The notes under the pieces are model-generated. The model did no database searches. It was given only the letters and a program-made list of their open reading frames with translations, and had not been told where the DNA came from. Positions 54,207-62,401 of a stretch of 64,000 nt of DNA are shown piece by piece. The position numbers were made by a program, and so were the translations under genes. The first letter of the stretch is position 1, and each line of letters opens with the position of its first letter. Source of the DNA: Elusimicrobiaceae bacterium (GTDB lineage: Bacteria; Elusimicrobiota; Elusimicrobia; Elusimicrobiales; Elusimicrobiaceae); assembly GCA_045586725.1 (NCBI GenBank), contig JAZNAY010000001.1:74161-138160 (forward strand), written 5' to 3'.

Positions 54207-54378
54207 GAAATTTGCAGTATCCATTTTCTGCCACCAAAGTCTTTTTGGTAAATTTTGATTTTTCTACTCCTAAAGTACCGAGAGTCGCTTCGCTCCCGTT
54301 CTTCTTTGTACTTGTCGTCGTAGTAAAAATTAAAATTTCCTCAAAAATACTTGTCGGACTTTAGCACACGGTTTGGCT
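54207..54378 (+). repeat. structured intergenic element, copy A
   Basis: 172 bp, nearly identical to the reverse complement of 59172..59343. Long hairpin AAATTTTGATTTTTCTAC / GTAGTAAAAATTAAAATTT and AAGTAC / GTACTT around the core TCGCTTCGCTCC. Confidence 0.8.
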
Positions 54379-54418
54379 CCATATAATGACTTATAAACGC
54401 TAAAAATGGTAAAATATA

Positions 54419-54757
54419 TGTGCTGGAAAGCCGCTGGAAACAGAGGAACTTCCGAACTTCATAGGGCAACGGGCTAACTGAAAAGTTAGGGAGATAGGGC
54501 CATATACCTATTTGACGGACAGTGCCGCAGAAAACAAACCGCCCGCAAGGGTAAGGGTGAAAAGGTGGGGTAAGAGCCCACCGCGTGTAAAGCAATTTGC
54601 ACGGCAAGGCGAACCCCCCGTGAAGCAAGGCCAAGCCAGTTGCGCTGCCCGCGCTGGAGTAATCCATAAAAGACAAAGTAGGCCGCTTAGATAAATGGCT
54701 TTCACCTTTCGGGCTTTAGTCCGAGGGGGACAGAATTCGGGGTACAAGCAAGACCAC
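54419..54757 (+). ncRNA. rnpB: RNase P RNA, bacterial type A
   Basis: Conserved blocks aligned by eye to E. coli M1 RNA: GAGGAACTTCCGAACTTCATAGGGCA (P4 5' strand), GGGTAAGGGTGAAAAGGTGGGGTAAGAGCCCACCGCG, AGCAAGGCCAAG, GATAAATGGCTTTC, ACAGAATTCGGGG (P4 3' strand). TAAAAT lies just upstream and a terminator hairpin at the 3' end. End coordinates are good to about 5 nt. Confidence 0.85.
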
Positions 54758-54786
54758 CCACTAAAAAATAACGTGGGTGGTTTTTA
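54753..54786 (+). terminator. terminator at the rnpB 3' end
   Basis: ACCACCCAC TAAAAAATAAC GTGGGTGGT TTTT. Confidence 0.7.
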
Positions 54787-54828
54787 AATTTTGTATAATT
54801 ACCTTATCTTTACTATCAAGGAGATTTT

Positions 54829-55800
54829 ATGAAAAAAATAATTATACTGTTATCGTTTTGTTTAATTTTGAATATTACCGCTTGCCAAAAGAGTGAAAAT
54901 AGTAATAAAGGTAACATAATTCCTAAATCAAGTCAACAAAACAATAATGAAGAAGTAAGAGAACAAGATAATGCGAAAAAAGCCATAAAAAATTTAGCAG
55001 AGCCATACACTGTAAACAAACAACTAATTGATGGTGTAAAAAAAGGAGATTTATATCTTGTTGAAGATGCTTTAAAACAAGGTGCGAATATAAACACAAG
55101 AGATCATGAAGGCAGTGAAACCGTATCTGAAATAAAAGTAAGTAGTTATACCCTTGAAACACTACCGGACGGAACTGGCCTTATTAAATATCAAGGGGAA
55201 GAACTTGTTAAACGATGGACTCCGTTAATGTGGGCTTGTTATGAGGGTAAAAAAGATATGGTAGAGTTTCTCATATCAAAAGGTGCAGATCTTGAGGCTG
55301 TTGATTTAAAAACAGGTGATACACCCCTCATATTGTCTTTTGTTGAATCATTTGATAATGTCGATATTACCGAATTATTACTTGACAAGGGTGCGAATAT
55401 AAATAATAAAAATAAAGATGGTTTTTCGCCTTTAGCATTAGCCGTTGATGTTAATAATGTCAAGGCAACAAAATTATTATTGGACAAAGGGGCAAATGTT
55501 AATACGACTAATAATTGGGATGAAACCCCTTTAATGACAGCAAGTGGTTTAGGTTTAAAAGATATAGCTCAACTTTTGTTGGACAAAGGGGCAAATGTCA
55601 ATATGAAAAGTGATATTGGTGTAACTGCTTTACTATTGGCTACTAATGAAAATCAATTTGAAATAGTTAAGTTGTTGCTTGAAAACGGTGCAGATACTAG
55701 TATTGCAAATAGAAGTGGATACACTCCTTTAAAAGTGGCTATGGAAGATGGCAATACTAAAATGATAAAGCTTTTGAAATCCTACGGTGCAAAGAAATAA
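54829..55800 (+). CDS. ankyrin-repeat lipoprotein
   Basis: Lipobox LNITAC, then at least five canonical ANK repeats (TPLMWACYEGKKDMVEFLISKGADL, SPLALAVDVNNVKATKLLLDKGANVN, TPLMTASGLGLKDIAQLLLDKGANVN and others). Confidence 0.85.
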   Translation: MKKIIILLSFCLILNITACQKSENSNKGNIIPKSSQQNNNEEVREQDNAKKAIKNLAEPYTVNKQLIDGVKKGDLYLVEDALKQGANINTRDHEGSETVSEIKVSSYTLETLPDGTGLIKYQGEELVKRWTPLMWACYEGKKDMVEFLISKGADLEAVDLKTGDTPLILSFVESFDNVDITELLLDKGANINNKNKDGFSPLALAVDVNNVKATKLLLDKGANVNTTNNWDETPLMTASGLGLKDIAQLLLDKGANVNMKSDIGVTALLLATNENQFEIVKLLLENGADTSIANRSGYTPLKVAMEDGNTKMIKLLKSYGAKK

Positions 55801-55867
55801 GGTTTTCGGATTTTCCTCTTTAAATATGCTATAATTATATTGTATCTTTATAGATATAATTTAATAG

Positions 55868-55939
55868 GAGCAAGTTTGGCTCTTGCTTGGTATAAGCGTT
55901 TTTTGTCAGGCAACACACTTCGCAGCGCGGTGCTTATAC
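55868..55939 (+). promoter_or_regulatory. structured rpsO 5' leader (candidate S15 autoregulatory element)
   Basis: Hairpin GAGCAAG-TTTGGCT-CTTGCTT, then an 8-bp helix GTATAAGC (55890-97) / GCTTATAC (55932-39) enclosing a GC-rich insert. Located 30 to 100 nt upstream of the rpsO ATG and downstream of TATAAT boxes at 55830 and 55855. Confidence 0.4.
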
Positions 55940-55971
55940 TCGGTAAAAAGCCCTAAACTTGAAATGAAAAA

Positions 55972-56238
55972 ATGTTAACGAAACAAGACAGAAAAGATAT
56001 TATCTCAAAATTCCAACAAAGTGATGCTGACACCGGTTCACCGTCAGTACAAGTTGCTTTGATTACTGAAAGAATTCGCTACATATCAGAGCACCTCAAA
56101 CAAAACCCTAAAGATTTTGCTGGTGAAAGGGGTTTAACCCGCCTCGTCGGGCAACGCAAACGCTTGCTTGCTTATTTAAAGAAAAATGATTTCGCTAAAT
56201 ATCAAGCATTAACAAAAGAACTTAAATTAAGGAAATAA
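55972..56238 (+). CDS. rpsO: 30S ribosomal protein S15
   Basis: 88 aa with the typical S15 sequence ([36 protein letters not shown]). Confidence 0.95.
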   Translation: MLTKQDRKDIISKFQQSDADTGSPSVQVALITERIRYISEHLKQNPKDFAGERGLTRLVGQRKRLLAYLKKNDFAKYQALTKELKLRK

Positions 56239-56240
56239 TA

Positions 56241-58337
56241 ATGAGTAATCTAGGAAAATTTAGCCACAGCGTAGAAGTCGGTGGCAAAACTATCACGCTT
56301 GAAACAGGTGTGATGGCCAAACAAGCCGACGGTGCTGTTATCGCCCGCATCGGCGATACTATGGTACTTGCAACCGCTGTATGTGATAAAGTACAAAAAC
56401 CCGGTTTGCAAGATTTTGTACCTTTAACCGTTAACTATAAAGAAAGAACCTATGCCGCGGGTAAAATCCCCGGCGGTTTTTTTAAACGCGAAACAAAGGC
56501 AAGCAAAAAGGAAACATTATCATCACGTCTTATTGACCGCTCTATGCGCCCGCTATTCCCTGAAGGGTTTGCATGTGAAGTCAATGTCACCGCAATGGTA
56601 CTTTCTGCCGATGGTGTAAATGACAGTGATGTTTTAAGCATTGTTGCTTCAAGTGCTGCAACGGTAATTTCTTCAATTCCGTTTACACAACCTGTTGCAG
56701 GCGTCCGCGTTGACCGCGTTGACGGCAAATATATTATTAACCCGACTGTTCAAGAACGCAAAGTTGCCGATATGGACCTCGTAATTGCAGGTACCATGCA
56801 AGGCATTATGATGGTTGAGGGCGGTGCACACGAAGTTGATGAAGAATCACTCGTAAAAGCCATTGAAATCGCACAACCTGAAGTCAAAAAACTTTGCCAA
56901 GCACAACTTGAACTTCGCGAAAAATGCGGTAAAGCAAAATTTGAATTTAAAGCAGAAACTTTACCTCAAGAAGTTTTAGATATGGCAAACAACACATATC
57001 GTGCAAAAGTTGCGGAAATTTTACATAAATTTTCCGACAAACAAACACGTGATTGTGATATTGCCAACTTAAAAGAAGCTTTTAAAACCGAATTAACCGA
57101 AAAATACCCGGAAGAAGGCGCAATCTACGCCGATTTTGCTATGGAAATGCTTGCTTATGAAGAATCCCGCAAAATGGTATTAAATGAAGGCATCCGCGTA
57201 GATGGTAGAAAGACTGACCAAATCAGACCTTTAAGTTCTATGGTCGGTGTTTTACCTTGCGCACATGGTTCCGCTTTATTTACCCGCGGTCAAACACAAT
57301 CACTTGCAACCGCAACTTTAGGGACATCAAGTGATGCCCAAATGGTGGAAGGCCTTGAAGAAACTTATGATGAAACTTTTATGCTTCATTATAACTTCCC
57401 CGGCTTTGCTACCGGTGAATGTAAACCGGACCGCGCACCCGGCCGCCGCGAAATCGGCCACGGGGAACTTGCACGCCGCGCTTTAATGCCGCTTATTCCA
57501 AGCCAGGACAAATTCCCTTATACTATTAGGGTTGTTTCCGACATTATGGAATCAAACGGTTCATCTTCAATGGCAAGCGTCTGCGGTGGTTCTTTAGCCT
57601 TATTTGATGCAGGCGTTCCTATGAAAGCCGCTTGCAGCGGTATCGCTATGGGTTTAATTACCGAAGGTGATAAATATGCCGTACTTTCAGATATTATGGG
57701 TATGGAAGATCATCTTGGCGATATGGACTTTAAATTAACCGGTTCCCGCAAAGGTATAACCGCTTTCCAAATGGACTTAAAACTTGCAACAGGTATTTCC
57801 TTAGACGTTTTAAGAAAAGCCATTGCACAAGCCACAAAAGGCCGCATGTTCATTATGGACCATATGGATTCCGTTATCAGCGAACCGCGCAAAACTTTAC
57901 CGAAAAATGCACCTATGATTTATACTATGATGATTCCGCAAGATAAAATCGGCGCCTTAATCGGCCCCGGCGGTAAAAATATCAAACGTATTACCGAAAC
58001 CAGCGGTGCAAAAATTGATGTTGATGAAGACGGTAAAGTTGTAATTGCCGCCCCTAACGCCGAAAAACTTAACCAAGCAAAAGCGGAAGTTGAACTTTTG
58101 ACTAAAGAAGTTGAAGTCGGCCAAATATATGAAGGGAAAGTTGTTTCCATTCAACCTTTTGGCGCTTTTGTTGAACTTTTACCGGGTAAAGACGGTTTAT
58201 TACATATTTCACAAATTGCAAATGAAAGAGTTGCAAAAGTGGAAGATGTTTTACAACTCGGCGATACCGTAAAAGTCAAAGTTGTTGAAATTGACAATAA
58301 CGGCAAAGTTCGCTTATCAAGAAAAATTTTGTTATAG
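56241..58337 (+). CDS. pnp: polyribonucleotide nucleotidyltransferase (PNPase)
   Basis: 698 aa: two RNase PH domains, a KH domain (IGPGGKNIK) and a C-terminal S1 domain ([14 protein letters not shown]). Confidence 0.95.
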   Translation: MSNLGKFSHSVEVGGKTITLETGVMAKQADGAVIARIGDTMVLATAVCDKVQKPGLQDFVPLTVNYKERTYAAGKIPGGFFKRETKASKKETLSSRLIDRSMRPLFPEGFACEVNVTAMVLSADGVNDSDVLSIVASSAATVISSIPFTQPVAGVRVDRVDGKYIINPTVQERKVADMDLVIAGTMQGIMMVEGGAHEVDEESLVKAIEIAQPEVKKLCQAQLELREKCGKAKFEFKAETLPQEVLDMANNTYRAKVAEILHKFSDKQTRDCDIANLKEAFKTELTEKYPEEGAIYADFAMEMLAYEESRKMVLNEGIRVDGRKTDQIRPLSSMVGVLPCAHGSALFTRGQTQSLATATLGTSSDAQMVEGLEETYDETFMLHYNFPGFATGECKPDRAPGRREIGHGELARRALMPLIPSQDKFPYTIRVVSDIMESNGSSSMASVCGGSLALFDAGVPMKAACSGIAMGLITEGDKYAVLSDIMGMEDHLGDMDFKLTGSRKGITAFQMDLKLATGISLDVLRKAIAQATKGRMFIMDHMDSVISEPRKTLPKNAPMIYTMMIPQDKIGALIGPGGKNIKRITETSGAKIDVDEDGKVVIAAPNAEKLNQAKAEVELLTKEVEVGQIYEGKVVSIQPFGAFVELLPGKDGLLHISQIANERVAKVEDVLQLGDTVKVKVVEIDNNGKVRLSRKILL

Positions 58338-58368
58338 TTGATATAACTTAATTTAAAAATAAAATTTA

Positions 58369-58394
58369 AAAGCACCCGGAAGGGTGCTTTTAAA
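58369..58394 (+). terminator. rho-independent terminator of pnp
   Basis: AGCACCC GGAA GGGTGCT TTT. Confidence 0.7.
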
Positions 58395-58424
58395 TTTCGT
58401 GGTTAAAGTACAATTTATAAATTA

Positions 58425-59111
58425 TTATTTGCGTGTGGTATTTGAAGAACTTTTCTTAAAGGGCGGCGTATTTTTCTGTTCTGTACATCTTTCATAACCT
58501 GATATGACAGTAGAGCTTGTTGCTGTAAGGAAATTAGATGGAGTATCACATGGCATACAACGTCCTTCTTTATGTCCATCAATAATTAACGGTTTATCAT
58601 CCGGACAATTAAGATAACAGCTATTACCTTTTATTATTTTATTTGGGCATTTTTCACAACCAAAAACATTTTTTATATTTTTCAAATTTTTATACTCGTT
58701 ACATGCCATACATTCTCCGTTAACATATAATGGTTTATCATCAGGACAGTTTTTTGGCTTTATCCACGATTGAGTGTACTCATCAAAATAAAAATCCGGC
58801 CCCGGAGCATCCTTTAATACACAATAAGTACTCCATATATCAGTAGCTCCGAAATATGCTTTTATAGTACTTTTTCTATTCGGACAAATTTGAGAGCAAA
58901 AGTCACCAGTATAACTAGGGATCATAAAAGAATGAACATCATTACATGAGATGCATCCATATTGTGTATAAAGCGGTTTATCAGCGGGGCATTTTGCCAA
59001 CTTATCTTCATATTCTTTTTGCCATTTTTCTACATACTCTTTTGGTGGTTTTATTGCAAGAGCCGGCATTGTAATAATTAAACAAAGCAGAACAATAAAA
59101 AATTTTTTCAT
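58425..59111 (-). CDS. secreted Cys-rich protein with three CP[AD]DKPL...CxxC modules
   Basis: Signal peptide, then KCPADKPLYTQYGCISCND, NCPDDKPLYVNGECMACNE and NCPDDKPLIIDGHKEGRCMPCDT. Each is followed by further CxxC(P) pairs. I do not recognise the domain. Confidence 0.55.
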   Translation of the reverse strand: MKKFFIVLLCLIITMPALAIKPPKEYVEKWQKEYEDKLAKCPADKPLYTQYGCISCNDVHSFMIPSYTGDFCSQICPNRKSTIKAYFGATDIWSTYCVLKDAPGPDFYFDEYTQSWIKPKNCPDDKPLYVNGECMACNEYKNLKNIKNVFGCEKCPNKIIKGNSCYLNCPDDKPLIIDGHKEGRCMPCDTPSNFLTATSSTVISGYERCTEQKNTPPFKKSSSNTTRK

Positions 59112-59171
59112 AAAATCTCCTTAAATAAAATTTTAATAATGTTTTCTAAATTATATCAAAATTCTTAATAA

Positions 59172-59343
59172 AGCCAAACCGTGCACCTAAACCCGGCAAG
59201 TATTTTTGAGGAAATTTTGATTTTTACTGCGACGCGAAGTACAAAGAAGAATGGGAGCGAAGCGACTCTCGGTACTTTAGGAGCTGAAAAATCAAAATTT
59301 ACTAAAAAGAATTAGCCGGCAAAAAACAAAAACTGCAAATTTC
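59172..59343 (-). repeat. structured intergenic element, copy B (inverted relative to A)
   Basis: The reverse complement is collinear with 54207..54378 over 172 bp. The A/T arm is perfect in this copy (AAATTTTGATTTTT / AAAAATCAAAATTT). Confidence 0.8.
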
Positions 59344-59500
59344 ATATCCCAAAAAGACGACACAAAAGGGAAGGCAGCCTAGGGGTTCGGCTGCCTTGGG
59401 GTATAAATTAGTATCGTACCAAAAGGAGGAGGTAATTACTAATTTATTCTTTGTTATACTTATAGTTTATAACAAACTGTGATATTTTAAAAGGGTTCTT

Positions 59501-59554
59501 GGACCTATTTCAACCTATTATTTGGACCTAGGCAAAATTACCCCGAAGGACCTA
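59501..59554 (-). promoter_or_regulatory. three phased TAGGTCC repeats (candidate operator) upstream of birA
   Basis: GGACCTA at 59501, 59524 and 59548 (spacing 23 and 24 bp), plus AACCTA at 59512. The reverse complement of 59524..59554 matches 32199..32229. Confidence 0.45.
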
Positions 59555-59634
59555 GATTTAAAAGTAAAATAAATATTCAAAAATTAAGTGTTTTTACCTC
59601 TGATTTTAACGTCATAATTTGATATAATATTATT

Positions 59635-60306
59635 ATGAAGATTTTCGGTTTTGATACATTACCTTCAACCAATACTTACTCTGTAGAAAATTTTGATAGT
59701 TTTGAAAATCAAGATATTATTATGGCAGAAATTCAAACAGCAGGTAAAGGAAGGAAGGGCCGTAAATGGTCTTCAGAAACAGGCGGTTTATATTTTACAA
59801 TAATTTTAAAACCGTATGAAATTAAACCGGAACAGGCAAGTTCACTCACGCAAATTATGGCAATAAGTGTTTGCAAAACCGTCAGAAATTTGGGGGTTAA
59901 GGCTTATTTAAAATGGCCAAATGATGTGCTTTTTAAAGGTAAAAAATTTTGCGGTATTTTAAGTGAAGCCGTTACTAAGAATAATGTTTTAGAAGGTGTT
60001 GTTATCGGCGTAGGAATAAACATAGAACAAAAAAATATAGTCTCTGAAAAACCTTTTACCACTTTGGCGGAAATGGGTCTAAAAGTTTCAAAAAGCGGTT
60101 TAGTTGAAGACATAATTTCAAATTTTAATGAGATGCAAAATAAAGATTTTATTAATGAATTTAAAAAACTTTGCCCGACAATAAATAAAGAAATTATCAT
60201 TGACGGTAAAAAAGGTATTTTTGAAGATATTGATAATGCCGGCCGTATGATTTTAAAAACGGAAAAAGGTCGTGAAATTATAATAGCTGGCGACGTACAA
60301 TTTTAG
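59635..60306 (+). CDS. birA: biotin--[acetyl-CoA-carboxylase] ligase (group I, no HTH domain)
   Basis: Motif GKGRKGRKW (GRGRxGRxW-type biotin/ATP loop) and KWPNDV. At 223 aa it lacks an N-terminal repressor domain. Confidence 0.85.
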   Translation: MKIFGFDTLPSTNTYSVENFDSFENQDIIMAEIQTAGKGRKGRKWSSETGGLYFTIILKPYEIKPEQASSLTQIMAISVCKTVRNLGVKAYLKWPNDVLFKGKKFCGILSEAVTKNNVLEGVVIGVGINIEQKNIVSEKPFTTLAEMGLKVSKSGLVEDIISNFNEMQNKDFINEFKKLCPTINKEIIIDGKKGIFEDIDNAGRMILKTEKGREIIIAGDVQF

Positions 60307-60327
60307 TATTTAAATGAGGTGTAATTT

Positions 60328-60564
60328 ATGAATTCAGAATTATTTGCCAAAAGTGTTGAACTTATGGCCGTCGGTATGGGGATGACATTTTCCTTTCTCA
60401 TACTTCTTGTACTGATGCTTAATGTGCTTAAGCGGGGGGTAAAATTGTTGAATAAATTTTTCCCCGAACAAGTTGAAGTTGCAAAAGCACCTGCTTTGGC
60501 AGTTCAAGACGATAAAAAACTAAAAATCGCTATTGCTTTAGCAGCAATTAAGGCGGCAAAATAA
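60328..60564 (+). CDS. oadG: sodium-pump decarboxylase gamma subunit (OadG-like)
   Basis: 78 aa with a single N-terminal TM helix and an Ala-rich tail, positioned directly before oadA/oadB. Confidence 0.7.
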   Translation: MNSELFAKSVELMAVGMGMTFSFLILLVLMLNVLKRGVKLLNKFFPEQVEVAKAPALAVQDDKKLKIAIALAAIKAAK

Positions 60565-60588
60565 TTTTAATATTTAAGGAGAAATCAA

Positions 60589-62394
60589 ATGAAGAAAATT
60601 AAGTTTATGTTAACTGCTTTTAGGGATGGCTTTCAATCTGTTTACGGTACAAAAGTAAGAAGCGAGGACTTTTTACCCGCCGTTGAAGCCGCTAAAGAAG
60701 CAGGCGTCAGGCATTTTGAATCTGCCGGCGGTGCAACATTCCAAAGTGCTTTGTTTTTTAATAAGGAAAACCCTTATGATGTTATGGATGCCTTTAGGAA
60801 AACCGTCGGGCCGGATGTAAATTTGCAAAGTTTGGCACGCGGTGTTAATGTCGTAGGTTTAAATTCTCAACCCAGTGATGTAATTAAATTACACGCTCAA
60901 ACTTTCAAAAAACACGGCCTTACAACTATTAGAAATTTTGATGCTTTAAATGATGTTAACAACTTAATTTACAGTGGTAAATGTATAAAAGAAGCCGGCT
61001 TAAAACACGAAGTTACCGTTACAATGATGTCCCTTGCACCGGGTTGGGATAAGACGGGAAAATTCCATACACCGGAATTTTATGAAGGCGTATTAAAAAA
61101 CATTATTGCAAGCGGCATAGAATTTGACAGCGTTTGTTTTAAAGATGCATCAGGCACTTCTACACCGCAAACTGTCAAGGAAACAATTGCAAGAGCAAAA
61201 AAAATATTACCGCCGGAAGTTGAAGTCGTTTTCCACACCCATGAAACAGCTGGAACAGGCCTTGCCTGTTATTTAGCCGCTATTGAGGGGGGAGTTGACA
61301 GAATTGATTTATCCATGGCGCCTGTAAGCGGCGGAACTTGCCAAACAGATATAATTTCCATGTGGCATGCACTTCGCGGCAGTAATTATACTTTAGATAT
61401 TGATATCGAAAAAATTCGCAAAGCAGAAAGTGTGCTTAAAGATTGTTTAAAAGATTATGTTTTAAAACCCGAAGCCATGAGAGTTGAACCTACAATTCCG
61501 TTTTCACCTCTTCCGGGTGGTGCTTTAACAAATGCTACTAGGCAGTTAAGGGAAATCGGGCAATTTGATAAATATCCTCAGGTTCTTGCTGCTATGGAAG
61601 AAGTTGTAAGGCGCGGTGGTTTCGGTACTTCAGTTACACCTGTCAGCCAATTTTACATACAACAATCAATGCAAAATGTTATACAAGGGCCTTGGAAAGC
61701 CTTTGCACCGGGGTATGGTAATATGCTTCTTGGATATTTTGGTAAAACACCGACTCCGCCGGACCCGGAACTTGTAAAACTTGCTTCTGCTTATATGAAA
61801 AAGGAACCCACAACAAAAACAGTTTTGGAACTTAATGATGCCGATCCTAAAAAAGGTGTTAAACCTGCAACAGAACTTCTTAAAAAGAATAATTTACCTG
61901 TTACGGATGAAAACATCTTTATCGTTGCAGCCTGTAATGATGCGGCAAACGGCGTTAATAAAGGTTTAGATTTCTTACTCGGTAAAGCAAAATGTTTGGT
62001 GGAAAAGAAATCTGCAACAACTGAAACCAAATTAAAAGGAAATGCTTTCACAGTTTCCGTAGGTGGTGAAACTTTTAACGTCGAACTTAAAGATAATAAA
62101 GCAACAGTTAACGGCGAAACTTATGACATTTCAGTTAAAGAAGGCTTAAGTGAAAAAGCACCGGAAAAACAAAATTCCGGCGGCGGTGCAGAAGTTAAAG
62201 CCCCGATGCCAGGTGTAATTATGCGCTTTTGTGTCGCAGAAGGTGCACAAGTTGCAAAAGACCAAGCCATCATCATAATTGAAGCAATGAAAATGGAAAT
62301 GGAAATTAAAGCAACTGCGGCAGGTAAAATTCATTTTACCTCCGCTACCGGCGATCAAATTCAAACAGGCAATGTGCTTGCTTTAATTAAATAG
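60589..62394 (+). CDS. oadA: oxaloacetate decarboxylase alpha subunit (carboxyltransferase + biotinyl domain)
   Basis: HMGL-like/pyruvate carboxyltransferase N-domain (FRDGFQS, HTHETAGTG) and a C-terminal biotinyl-lysine motif EAMKME. Confidence 0.9.
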   Translation: MKKIKFMLTAFRDGFQSVYGTKVRSEDFLPAVEAAKEAGVRHFESAGGATFQSALFFNKENPYDVMDAFRKTVGPDVNLQSLARGVNVVGLNSQPSDVIKLHAQTFKKHGLTTIRNFDALNDVNNLIYSGKCIKEAGLKHEVTVTMMSLAPGWDKTGKFHTPEFYEGVLKNIIASGIEFDSVCFKDASGTSTPQTVKETIARAKKILPPEVEVVFHTHETAGTGLACYLAAIEGGVDRIDLSMAPVSGGTCQTDIISMWHALRGSNYTLDIDIEKIRKAESVLKDCLKDYVLKPEAMRVEPTIPFSPLPGGALTNATRQLREIGQFDKYPQVLAAMEEVVRRGGFGTSVTPVSQFYIQQSMQNVIQGPWKAFAPGYGNMLLGYFGKTPTPPDPELVKLASAYMKKEPTTKTVLELNDADPKKGVKPATELLKKNNLPVTDENIFIVAACNDAANGVNKGLDFLLGKAKCLVEKKSATTETKLKGNAFTVSVGGETFNVELKDNKATVNGETYDISVKEGLSEKAPEKQNSGGGAEVKAPMPGVIMRFCVAEGAQVAKDQAIIIIEAMKMEMEIKATAAGKIHFTSATGDQIQTGNVLALIK

Positions 62395-62401
62395 GTGAAT
62401 T

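Noticed and set aside
54341-54747. Three ORF-track entries (54341-54676 minus, 54508-54747 minus, 54512-54694 plus) with Arg/Pro/Gly-rich translations
   Set aside because: They lie entirely on the RNase P RNA gene. The GC-rich structured RNA generates spurious open frames, and none has an RBS or protein-like composition.
17012-59343. Whether the repeated elements could be a CRISPR array or a classical MITE
   Set aside because: Copies are separated by 8 to 30 kb, are about 172 bp long and occur in both orientations, so this is not a CRISPR array. The unit termini are not inverted repeats, and I saw no flanking target-site duplication or transposase. A MITE is therefore not supported, though it is not formally excluded.
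59414-59436. Strong Shine-Dalgarno-like AAGGAGGAGG in a hairpin loop as the start of a small ORF
   Set aside because: No ATG, GTG or TTG lies at a suitable distance. The nearest TTG opens a 4-codon frame. It is not called as a CDS.
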